From Pseudomonadota bacterium (GTDB lineage Bacteria > Bdellovibrionota_F > JAHFAK01 > JBDREC01): a stretch of DNA of 64,000 nt. How positions within the stretch are numbered: position 1 is the stretch's first letter; the number at the start of each line of letters is the position of its first letter. Position numbers and translations under genes: made by a program. The stretch is from contig JBDREC010000046.1 of the NCBI GenBank assembly GCA_043820105.1, positions 8,687 through 72,686 on the forward strand, in the 5' to 3' direction. The notes under the pieces were generated by a model. That model did no database searches. It was not told where the DNA came from and worked only from the letters and a program-made list of their open reading frames with translations. Positions 18,178 to 27,319 of the stretch are shown here, piece by piece.

Positions 18178-18834
18178 TTATTTTAATGGGCTTACTTCGG
18201 TTATTGAAGTTCTATCATAAATTGTTTCAAAAAATGCACAATTATTTGATCCAGGATCAGGATCTGCTAAAGTGCAATTGTCTCCAGCAACATCAGCATT
18301 TAAATCCCCTACAGCTTGAACAACATACCATCCGTCAGAATCATAGGCATCAAGTTGAGCTGCTGTTCTATCGATAAAAAGACCACTGCCTGTAGGTTCT
18401 GAACAAGCACCACTTCCATCGCCAGTACTTAATGGACAGCCCGCAACTCCAGCTTCTACTACATATCTAAAGTAGACATCATAATCAGGTCTTACAGCGA
18501 CTCCACCTGGTCCCCAGGAATCGTAGTTATCTGGATTGTCGGGTTTGTTAGTTACATATGTAAATTTAAGTTTTTCACCATGAGGTAGGTTCGTTGGATT
18601 TCTCGGAAGTGGCAGGTACTGTCCATATTCAACATGGTAACTTTCTTCACCAGCTTTAATTGTCCCAAAGGCAGCTGGGATTTCTGATTTTTTTGATTTT
18701 AAAATGTATCTGTTATATGCAGTTGTGGCTAGACCTGCCAGAATTCCAATTATAACAACTGTAATCATTAACTCTACAAGTGTGAAACCATAATTATTGT
18801 TCTTTATTGTTTGATTAATTTTCATTTTCTTCAT
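18178..18834 (-). CDS. pilA: Type IV pilin (PilA-like, prepilin N-methylation domain)
   Basis: The leader ends in G, followed by FTLVELMITVVIIGILA. The C-terminal domain is Cys-rich. Confidence 0.8.
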   Translation of the reverse strand: MKKMKINQTIKNNNYGFTLVELMITVVIIGILAGLATTAYNRYILKSKKSEIPAAFGTIKAGEESYHVEYGQYLPLPRNPTNLPHGEKLKFTYVTNKPDNPDNYDSWGPGGVAVRPDYDVYFRYVVEAGVAGCPLSTGDGSGACSEPTGSGLFIDRTAAQLDAYDSDGWYVVQAVGDLNADVAGDNCTLADPDPGSNNCAFFETIYDRTSITEVSPLK

Positions 18835-20212
18835 CCTTCATATTTAATTTTTGCATTCGATATCTTAAAGATCTGTGAGATATATTGAGGAGTTTAGCGG
18901 CCTTATTTTTATTTTCTTTTGCTTTTTCCATTGCTTCTATTATAAGACTTTCTTCAAGTGTGGCTAGTTCAAAATCTAAATCAACAGTGCCCTTTGCAAA
19001 AAGTTTTTTGCCGGCGATTGTATTGCTATTGCTGGCCAAAGCATCTTGAACTTCAGGTGGCAGGGAGCTTTCCTGTATTTTATCAGTGCTTTCAAAGGCA
19101 ATGGTTCGTTCAATAATATTTTCAAGCTCTCTAATATTTCCAATATAATTATAATTAATGAGCCGCTGCATTGCTCCAGGTGTAAAACCAATTATTTTTA
19201 AATTGTTTTCCCTTACATATTTTTTAAGAAAATGTTCAGCGAGTATTGGAATATCAGGTTTTCTGTCACGAAGAGGAGGAAGATCAATTTCAACTACTTT
19301 AAGTCTGTAAAAAAGGTCTTCTCTGAACTTATTTGTTGATACATCTTTTTTCAGATCACTATTTGTTGCTGAAATAATTCTAAGGTCAACAGAAATTTCA
19401 TAGGTTCCACCTATTGGAATGAATTTTTTTTCTTGAAGCACACGAAGGAGTTTAACCTGAGTCTGGTTTGGTAATTCTCCCACTTCATCAAGGAATATTG
19501 TGCCATTATTGGCAGCTTCAAAAAGGCCTTTTTTATTGGTATCAGCTCCAGTGAATGCACCTTTTACATAACCAAACAATTCACTTTCAATTAAATTGTC
19601 AGGAATGGCGCCACAGTTAACTGGAACAAAGGGACCATTTTTAAATTTACTGTTAAAGTGAATAGCACGTGCAATAAGATCTTTTCCTGTTCCAGATTCT
19701 CCAGCAATTAAAACAGAAAGCTTTGTGTCTTTTATTCTATCAATTGTATCAAAAATTGTTCGTATTTGAGGGGTATCACCTATAATATTTCCATATCCAA
19801 ACTTATCTGTAACAAGTTTTTTTAGAGCTTTGTTTTCTTTTGCCAAAGTTGCTTTTTCAAGTGCATTTCTTATGATAATTTTAATTTCATCGACTTTAAA
19901 AGGTTTCATTATGTAGTCATAAGCACCTTTTTTCATAGCTTCAATTGCTGATTCTGTTGAAGCGTAAGCTGTTATCATGAGGACTATAATTTCACTTTTT
20001 ATTTTTTTAGCTTTATCTAAGATTTCAAATCCATCTATTTCTGGCATGCAAATATCAGTTATTACCATATCAAAATCATTATTTGCTAATAGTTGAATAG
20101 CTTTTGTGCCTGATGTTGTGCTAGTGGAATCGTAGCCCTCATTACTTAATAAGATATCAAAAAACTCGCACATACTTTTTTCATCATCAACGAAGAGGAT
20201 TTTAGACATCAA
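18815..20212 (-). CDS. pilR: Sigma-54-dependent response regulator (PilR/NtrC family)
   Basis: A receiver domain (DDE...D), an AAA+ sigma-54 interaction domain (GESGTGK, GAFTGA) and a C-terminal Fis-type HTH. Confidence 0.85.
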   Translation of the reverse strand: MMSKILFVDDEKSMCEFFDILLSNEGYDSTSTTSGTKAIQLLANNDFDMVITDICMPEIDGFEILDKAKKIKSEIIVLMITAYASTESAIEAMKKGAYDYIMKPFKVDEIKIIIRNALEKATLAKENKALKKLVTDKFGYGNIIGDTPQIRTIFDTIDRIKDTKLSVLIAGESGTGKDLIARAIHFNSKFKNGPFVPVNCGAIPDNLIESELFGYVKGAFTGADTNKKGLFEAANNGTIFLDEVGELPNQTQVKLLRVLQEKKFIPIGGTYEISVDLRIISATNSDLKKDVSTNKFREDLFYRLKVVEIDLPPLRDRKPDIPILAEHFLKKYVRENNLKIIGFTPGAMQRLINYNYIGNIRELENIIERTIAFESTDKIQESSLPPEVQDALASNSNTIAGKKLFAKGTVDLDFELATLEESLIIEAMEKAKENKNKAAKLLNISHRSLRYRMQKLNMKDEENEN

Positions 20213-21896
20213 TTGGCTCCTTGTTTTCGTATGTTGGCATAGTAATAGTAACAGTTGTTCCTAATCCGCGGCTACTGCTAAAGGCAATATTGGATTTATG
20301 TATTTCTAAAATATTATGCACAATAGCCAGACCTAGCCCAGTACCACCTGGTTTTGTTGTAAAAAATGGATCATAGATCTTTTCCATTTCAGTAGCAGGA
20401 ATACCAACTCCTGTATCTGCAATTTTAATTGTTAATAATTTTTCATCTTCATCGTTATCTGAAGATGTCGATATTATTAATTTGCCACCATAGGGCATTG
20501 ATTCAAGTGCATTTTTAATTATATTCCAGAAAACTTTTTTCATTTGCTCTTTGTCAGCATAAATATAAGCATCATTAAATTCATAAATTTCTTCAATATT
20601 TTCAGGAATTCCAAGTTTTTCAGCGATAATCTTTAATTCTTCAATTAGAAGATCTTTAAGTAATATTTTTTCAAATTTTGTTTGACCTGGTTTAACATAA
20701 AAAAGAAAATTCGTGATTAATAAATTAAGTCTATCTGTTTCCCGTATGACAATATTCATTAATTTTTCATTTTTTTCATCTTTTTCCATGGTACTTTGTA
20801 GTAGTTCTATTGAACCTCGCATTGATGTAAGTGGGTTTCTAAATTCATGCGCTATGCCAGCTGCTAACTTACCAACTGCTGCTAATCTGTTTTGGCGCTT
20901 AATTTTTTCTTCAAGTTCTTTATACTCAGTTAAATCATGAATATTTAATATTTTGCCTTCAATAGTTGTATCTAGACCATATAGATTAGAAATAGAGTAG
21001 CCCAGGTATTTTTGTTTTTCTTCTTTTGTTTTAAATTGACCTTCAAAGGCCCAGGGATATTTGCTGCTATTATTTTCTTCTTGTGAGTCTAATATACCAT
21101 CAAAAAGGTCATTAATTTTACAACCATTAACTTCTTCAAAGGAGTAATCTGTAATTTGCTCAAAGGCATTGTTTATAAAGGTAATTCTGTTTTCAACATC
21201 TAAAGTTGCAAGACCATTATCGATTGATTCTACAATATTTTGATTTAAAATTCTTAACTTTCTAAGATCAGCGTTTTTCTTGATAAGATCTGAATGAACA
21301 ACTTTTAGTTGTTCTGAAAGATAACCACTCAAATAAGCTATAATAAAGAAAGTTAATATGTTCAAACTAAGTTTGTTTAAGAGGTCATAGCTTGAAAATA
21401 TAACTAAAGAATCTGTAAATACATGGGAGCTTGAAATATATCCAAAGTATTGAAGGTCAATTAAGGCCCCATAAAATATTGAAATAACAGATGCAGCTTT
21501 ATAGGCTCCTGATTTAGAAAGCAAAATACTCGCATTTATAATTGTAAGGAAATACATAAAAGGGAAGGGGCTTTCAATGCCACCAGTTGCATAAATTAAA
21601 GCAGTTGAAAAAATGATATCCCATAATATTTGGACATTTGAAAATAGGATTAAATTCTTAGCCAAATTCTTTTTTTCAAGGAAGGCAAATATTATTGAAA
21701 AGAAATAAGTAATTCCTATAAGAATATAAAAAATTAACAAACCTGAGGAAATGAATATTCTTTTAAAATAAATTTCAATGGTAACTACAGTTCCCAAAAG
21801 GATTGTTATTATTGCAACTCTTATAAAAAGGTACCAGGGCAGTTTTGATGCAAGATTCATTTCAAGAATTTCTTGAGATAATTTTTTATTTTCCAT
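20202..21896 (-). CDS. pilS: Sensor histidine kinase (PilS-like)
   Basis: A multi-TM N-terminus, a PAS-like domain, a HisKA H-box (HEFRNPL) and a HATPase_c domain (DTGVGI, GGTGLGL). Confidence 0.8.
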   Translation of the reverse strand: MENKKLSQEILEMNLASKLPWYLFIRVAIITILLGTVVTIEIYFKRIFISSGLLIFYILIGITYFFSIIFAFLEKKNLAKNLILFSNVQILWDIIFSTALIYATGGIESPFPFMYFLTIINASILLSKSGAYKAASVISIFYGALIDLQYFGYISSSHVFTDSLVIFSSYDLLNKLSLNILTFFIIAYLSGYLSEQLKVVHSDLIKKNADLRKLRILNQNIVESIDNGLATLDVENRITFINNAFEQITDYSFEEVNGCKINDLFDGILDSQEENNSSKYPWAFEGQFKTKEEKQKYLGYSISNLYGLDTTIEGKILNIHDLTEYKELEEKIKRQNRLAAVGKLAAGIAHEFRNPLTSMRGSIELLQSTMEKDEKNEKLMNIVIRETDRLNLLITNFLFYVKPGQTKFEKILLKDLLIEELKIIAEKLGIPENIEEIYEFNDAYIYADKEQMKKVFWNIIKNALESMPYGGKLIISTSSDNDEDEKLLTIKIADTGVGIPATEMEKIYDPFFTTKPGGTGLGLAIVHNILEIHKSNIAFSSSRGLGTTVTITMPTYENKEPIDV

Positions 21897-21905
21897 TCGG
21901 ATTTA

Positions 21906-23123
21906 TTATTCTCCCATTCCACCGGCCATTTTAAATACTGGCAAGTACATTGCAACAACAACTGTTCCAATAACAACACCTAAAAAGGCCATGATTAGAG
22001 GTTCTAGTGCGGAGGTTAAAGCGCCAACAGCTTCATCAACTTCTTCTTCATAAAAATCGGCTATTTTATTGAGCATTTGATCTACAGCACCGGCTTGTTC
22101 ACCAACCTTTATCATTTGGCAAACCATTTCAGGAAAAAGACCACTTTCACTCATGGGCTCAGCCATGTTTTTACCTTCTGAAACTCTTTCTCTAACTACC
22201 ATAATTGCTTTTTGAATTACACTGTTGCCAGCCGTGGTACTAACAATTTCAAGTGATTCTAGAATGGGGACACCAGAGGTCATAAGTGTTCCAAGCGTTC
22301 TTGCAAATCTGGCGATAGCAATTTTTTTGATAACATTACCAACAATTGGTAATTTCAAATATAGAATATCAAAAAATCGTCTGCCTCTTGGTGATTTTTT
22401 GAAATATTTAAAACCAGTTATAGATGAAGCAATTCCTATTATAACTAATAATATATGATTTTCAACGGTTGTACTAATATCAATAACGGCTTGTGTAATA
22501 CCAGGTAATTCGCCACCAAGATCATCAAACATAGTTTGGAACATTGGAATAACAAATTTAACTAAAACTAAAACAACAACACCTGAAAAGATGAGAATAC
22601 CCATGGGATATGTCATTGCACTTTTAACCTTCTTTTTCAATGACATGCTCTTTTCCACATAAATTGCAAGTCGTTGCAGAATAATATCCAAAATACCACC
22701 GACTTCACCAGCTCTAATTAAGTTTACCATTAGTGAATCAAAGGCAAAGTCATGTTTAGACAAAGCATCAGCAAAGGTTTGACCACTTTCAACAGCCTTT
22801 TTTACGTCAATTAAAGTATCTTTAAAAAGAATATTTTTTTGCTGTGAACCTAGAACATCTAAGCAAGAAACAAGAGGTAGACCCGCATCAATCATTGTTG
22901 AAAACTGTCTTAGAAAGATAACCATATCTTTGGTTGGAATGTTTTTTGAAAGGTTGATTTTATTCAGCTTAGCAAATGAAAACCCACTATGTTCAGCAAC
23001 GGTTTCAACTCTAATGTTTTTCTTTTTTAGGTATTCGGTTACTCCTTCTACCGTATCTGTTTCATAGATTCCCTTAACTTTTTTCCCAGCTTTGTTTAAG
23101 CCCGTATATTTAAAAAAAGGCAT
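21906..23123 (-). CDS. pilC: Type IV pilus assembly platform protein PilC (GspF family)
   Basis: Two GspF repeats and three TM segments. Length is 405 aa. Confidence 0.85.
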   Translation of the reverse strand: MPFFKYTGLNKAGKKVKGIYETDTVEGVTEYLKKKNIRVETVAEHSGFSFAKLNKINLSKNIPTKDMVIFLRQFSTMIDAGLPLVSCLDVLGSQQKNILFKDTLIDVKKAVESGQTFADALSKHDFAFDSLMVNLIRAGEVGGILDIILQRLAIYVEKSMSLKKKVKSAMTYPMGILIFSGVVVLVLVKFVIPMFQTMFDDLGGELPGITQAVIDISTTVENHILLVIIGIASSITGFKYFKKSPRGRRFFDILYLKLPIVGNVIKKIAIARFARTLGTLMTSGVPILESLEIVSTTAGNSVIQKAIMVVRERVSEGKNMAEPMSESGLFPEMVCQMIKVGEQAGAVDQMLNKIADFYEEEVDEAVGALTSALEPLIMAFLGVVIGTVVVAMYLPVFKMAGGMGE

Positions 23124-23243
23124 TTTTATTTACTTTCAATATTATTTAATTAAGTTTCTAATTATAATATCAGAATATTAATATTCAACAAAAATCGGGA
23201 TATTATTAAATGTAATATCTAGGTACTGGCTAAAATCAATGAC

Positions 23244-25664
23244 TTATTGTTTTCTTTCAGTAATCTTTAAAAGTGCTGGTAAAAAAACCAAGCTCAGGAT
23301 TAGGTTAGCAGACAAAGTAATTAAAGCAACATCAGCAAGTGACGTCATGCCTGGATGATGAGATATTTTCATTGCGCCAAAGCCAAGGGCTGTGGTTAAT
23401 AATGCCCCTGTAACGGCTCTGGCCACTTCTGATAATGATTCTGGACTGAGTCCATCTGCTGAAGCTCTAGAAACAATGTGAACCGCAGCATCAACGGACA
23501 TTCCAAATGCCACAGCAATTATTATTATATTAAAATAATTGAATTGAACATTGGTAAGGTGCATTAAACCACCTGAAACTAGGAGTGTTAATACAGCTAT
23601 AAATTGACAAATAGCAGCCTTTTTAAAATCTTTCATAATGATTAGCATTGAAAGAAAAACAAAGACAAAAACATATAATGCCATCATCGGGGCTTCTTTA
23701 AAAACCATTTTAATGATATCTGCAATTATAATAGATGGGCCAGCAGCATGAAAAGTTTTACCATTTGAAGTTTTTAATCCGGAGATTTCATCTTGAAATT
23801 TTATTGCGTTTCTTCCATCATCCAAGATTACTGCTGAATAAATAAAAACGAGTCTTTCTTTAAGCTTTCCTTCCTTGTTTCTAAAGTTACGTGTGACTTC
23901 TGCTGGAAGATCTTTGAGTTCAAATGGCTCAGGAGTATTTTCTGATAAAATTGCATTTAAGATATCTTGTTCTTTTTGTGGAAGACTTTTTAGACTTATA
24001 TTAGCTAAAAGATTTCTCAGTTCTTGTATATATTTTCTTTTTATCTCTTGGTTTTCTGGGACTAGATCTGATAGTGAAAATACAAATTTTATTGTTGAGT
24101 TTTCACCAGTGCTTAGTTTTTTATTTCTCAAGACTTTTGCAATTTCGTGTTCGTGTGCTTCATTATCTGCAAAGACTACTATAGGAGATTGGGGGTGTCC
24201 CAACAATTGCTCAATGGTTTTGTCTAGTTTATATGATCTCATGTTGCCAGCCATATCTCTTGCATCATGATTAAAGCTAACTTTATTGCATAAAAGTAAG
24301 GGGGTGAGTAAAATTAAGCTTGTTATTGTTAAGGTTTTATATGGGAACTTTATTATCCATGCGTAAAGGGGAGCTTTATTTGTTAGGTCGCTTTTTTTAT
24401 GTGGTTTCCATTTTAAACGAGTGAAAATGCTAATTAGGGAAGGAAGCAATGTTAAATAAGCTAGCATTACGCAAAAAACACCGGCTCCTGCTATTATTCC
24501 AAACTCCCTGAAGGCTCTGAAATCTGAAACTATTAATGCTGCAAAACCTATAATAGTTGTAATTGCTGCAATGTATACGGCTTTGCCTGTGTTTGAATAG
24601 GTGTGCCTTATTGTTTTTTCGGTATCCTTGTCAAAATTAAACCATTCATGTTCAAAGCGCCCCAGAAGGTGGACCCCGTGATCTATTCCTAGGCCCAGTA
24701 AGATTACAGAAACAAAGGCTGTAAGGATATTAAGAGATTCAAAAAAATATGCTGCGATTCCATATGTCCAGATGATTCCAACGATTAAAGGTGAAATAAC
24801 AAGTAGAATAGCTCCCAATCGTCTAAAGTGAAAAGCCAAATATATAATGATTAATAAAAGTGCAAGAACACTTGCTATTCCTAAATCTTTTTCTATTTGA
24901 GATTGTTGATCTACTTTCTTTTTATATGAGCCTCCAATTTCTACCAGAAAGTTTTCTCCATATTTTTTAAGGTCAGATTTAAATATTACGTTTTCAACGT
25001 CAGTGACAATTTTTTTGGCAAATTTTAAGTCAGATGATTCAGCTGAAGGTCTTATTAAGATAACGATTTGTTTTTTATCTTTGTCTAGATGATAAAGATC
25101 ATGCATTTGCTTTCTGAACCATGATACATCAGCTTTTGTGGTTTGTCCCTTTAAAATTTTATCTAAATCTACTTCAGGAGCTGGGTCGTCAAACAGGTCA
25201 ACAAAAAAGGGGTTTGCTTTTCTTGTTTCCCATTCTTTTCTTTCCCTGACTTTATTGGTCAAAGCTTTTAATGATTCCTCTTCAAGGTAGTAAAGTCCGT
25301 ATCTTCTGAAAAAATTTATAGGTCTTTTGGTCTGGATATACATTATGTTTGGAAGTTTTTTAAATTTTTCTGTAAAATCATCAGCAAATTCAATTAGCTT
25401 ATCAGGTTCTGCTTGAGATCCCACAACTGCAACATAGCCTAAACTTCCTAGTTTTTCCTTAATATTTTCAAGCTCTTTTACGCTGGGAATATCTTTGGGT
25501 AAAAGCTCTGATAAGTCAGCATTAATTTTTAAGTTTTTTGCAGAATAAAGAGCAATTCCAAGGAATAAAGATAAAATAATTAAAAGAGTTAATGGTTTTT
25601 TATATATTAGTACTGCCAGTTTTCCCAGGATATTGGAAATTGTTATTTTATTGTTATTGTTCAA
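23244..25664 (-). CDS. MMPL/RND-superfamily exporter (two 6-TM bundles with periplasmic loops)
   Basis: 806 aa with the SSD/MMPL-like duplicated topology. Confidence 0.75.
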   Translation of the reverse strand: MNNNNKITISNILGKLAVLIYKKPLTLLIILSLFLGIALYSAKNLKINADLSELLPKDIPSVKELENIKEKLGSLGYVAVVGSQAEPDKLIEFADDFTEKFKKLPNIMYIQTKRPINFFRRYGLYYLEEESLKALTNKVRERKEWETRKANPFFVDLFDDPAPEVDLDKILKGQTTKADVSWFRKQMHDLYHLDKDKKQIVILIRPSAESSDLKFAKKIVTDVENVIFKSDLKKYGENFLVEIGGSYKKKVDQQSQIEKDLGIASVLALLLIIIYLAFHFRRLGAILLVISPLIVGIIWTYGIAAYFFESLNILTAFVSVILLGLGIDHGVHLLGRFEHEWFNFDKDTEKTIRHTYSNTGKAVYIAAITTIIGFAALIVSDFRAFREFGIIAGAGVFCVMLAYLTLLPSLISIFTRLKWKPHKKSDLTNKAPLYAWIIKFPYKTLTITSLILLTPLLLCNKVSFNHDARDMAGNMRSYKLDKTIEQLLGHPQSPIVVFADNEAHEHEIAKVLRNKKLSTGENSTIKFVFSLSDLVPENQEIKRKYIQELRNLLANISLKSLPQKEQDILNAILSENTPEPFELKDLPAEVTRNFRNKEGKLKERLVFIYSAVILDDGRNAIKFQDEISGLKTSNGKTFHAAGPSIIIADIIKMVFKEAPMMALYVFVFVFLSMLIIMKDFKKAAICQFIAVLTLLVSGGLMHLTNVQFNYFNIIIIAVAFGMSVDAAVHIVSRASADGLSPESLSEVARAVTGALLTTALGFGAMKISHHPGMTSLADVALITLSANLILSLVFLPALLKITERKQ

Positions 25665-25824
25665 GATTAGGTCCTTTTTAAAATTTGGGAAACACTATAA
25701 AAGTGGATTTGTTTTGTCAAAGGTATTTGCTGAGTTACTTATCAGAGATTTTGTAGATTTTATCTGTTTGATCTTTTAAAAAACTATAATCATGTGATAC
25801 TATTATATAAGAATCACTTTTGTT

Positions 25825-26238
25825 TTATAGGCTTTGACCAGTAGTAGCCATTGTTAAAGAGTGATGTTTGACGCCATTTAGGTTTTTTAATTCATCAGAA
25901 AGCTTTTTAACAATTGAGGATTTACCTTTTACAACAATTATCTCAAGACAGTTGTTATGATCTAAGTGAACATGCTGGGATGAAATAATTATTTTATGAA
26001 AGTCATGTTGAACCTTTGTAGCTTTTCCCTGCATTTCTTTTTTATGATGATCAAATACAATTGTAATTGTGCCAGCGACCTCACGATTTGAACGCCAATC
26101 TGCCTCAACAAGCTCATTTCGAAGAAGCTCAGAAATAGCTTTTGAGCGGTTACAAACCCCGCGTTTTCCAATTAAGGTATCAAATTCTTTTATAAGTTTT
26201 GCATCTAAAGAAATACTAAATCGTTTTAGCTTTTCCAT
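25825..26238 (-). CDS. nikR: Nickel-responsive regulator NikR (RHH + ACT-like metal-binding domain)
   Basis: An N-terminal ribbon-helix-helix (RFSISLDAKLIKEFD). The C-terminal domain has conserved His/Cys residues (HH...H.H..C). Length is 137 aa. Confidence 0.7.
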   Translation of the reverse strand: MEKLKRFSISLDAKLIKEFDTLIGKRGVCNRSKAISELLRNELVEADWRSNREVAGTITIVFDHHKKEMQGKATKVQHDFHKIIISSQHVHLDHNNCLEIIVVKGKSSIVKKLSDELKNLNGVKHHSLTMATTGQSL

Positions 26239-26256
26239 TGTAAGGCCATCTCCAGT

Positions 26257-26280
26257 GTTACGAAATTAACAAAACGTAAC
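26257..26280. promoter_or_regulatory. Palindromic operator candidate GTTACG-N12-CGTAAC upstream of nikR
   Basis: A perfect 6-bp inverted repeat, 19-42 nt upstream of the nikR start codon. Confidence 0.3.
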
Positions 26281-26344
26281 ATCACAATTGAGTTGTTTTG
26301 TAAAGAAAAAAGTGATGTTTGAATTTTAAAATTAATTTTTTGAA

Positions 26345-26884
26345 CTAATTAGCGGGACATGCACGAGGAAAATTTTCAAGATCACTTATTGCATCTTCAG
26401 TTCTGTCCAGGTTTACACAGGACCTTGCTAAGATAGGAACCATTTTTTTTCCAAGTGATTTCATTCCAGCAATTCCAAGGGGGTTTGGTATTATGGCTAC
26501 ATTTCCATCAGCTTTATATTTTATCACGTCACCATTTGGCCTTCTTACATATGACTCTCCATCTGTAAAACTTACTTTGATGACTTCATTTCCACAAGGA
26601 CCGCTTATTGCAATTCCAGATACTCTAAAATCAGAACCATCACCATCAGCTTGGTCTATTGCACCTAATACTTCATCAATTGTTGAATCACATATTCCCT
26701 CTTTTCTGAGCTCTTGTTTTGTTTTGTATCTATTTTGGTGCTCTAACCATAGGTCATCAAGCGCTGATTGAAGGTTAGTTCTAACATTGCAATTACTATC
26801 ATTTGCATATATTAAGGATGTTGAAATAAAGGTTATTGTTAATATTATGAATATAATTTTTGATGTTTTCATATTTGTTCTCAT
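26345..26884 (-). CDS. Secreted hypothetical protein (signal peptide, six Cys)
   Basis: A 179-aa ORF with an N-terminal signal peptide. Confidence 0.5.
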   Translation of the reverse strand: MRTNMKTSKIIFIILTITFISTSLIYANDSNCNVRTNLQSALDDLWLEHQNRYKTKQELRKEGICDSTIDEVLGAIDQADGDGSDFRVSGIAISGPCGNEVIKVSFTDGESYVRRPNGDVIKYKADGNVAIIPNPLGIAGMKSLGKKMVPILARSCVNLDRTEDAISDLENFPRACPAN

Positions 26885-27319
26885 CTCTAAAATATTTATG
26901 CTCTGATGAGCAATAAAAGTAATTACTTGTTTTTTTTACATCAAAATTAGATAATTGCAAAATAAGTGCCAAAATAAGAAACTATAAAAAACAATAAAAA
27001 CAGGGGCATATTATAATCATTGAATGTTTGAAATATTAAAAATGGCCAAATTTCAGCACTTAAAAAGATGCTTTTTATTTTCTAATATGGTAGTTGTGTT
27101 TTTCAATTTTGACAAAAGAAGTTAATTTTTATAAGAGATTTTTTGGTTATAATTACATGTCTTTCTAATATGCTAAAATAAAAGACTTATTTTAATACAT
27201 TTTTTTGTTGCCACATTTGAAAAGCCCTTTTAAGTTGGCATAAAACTTGTAATAGGTAGGTGTTATTTCTGCTAATGTATGTTTGAATGATTTTGTTAAT
27301 AACGATTTAGGAGTTTAAA

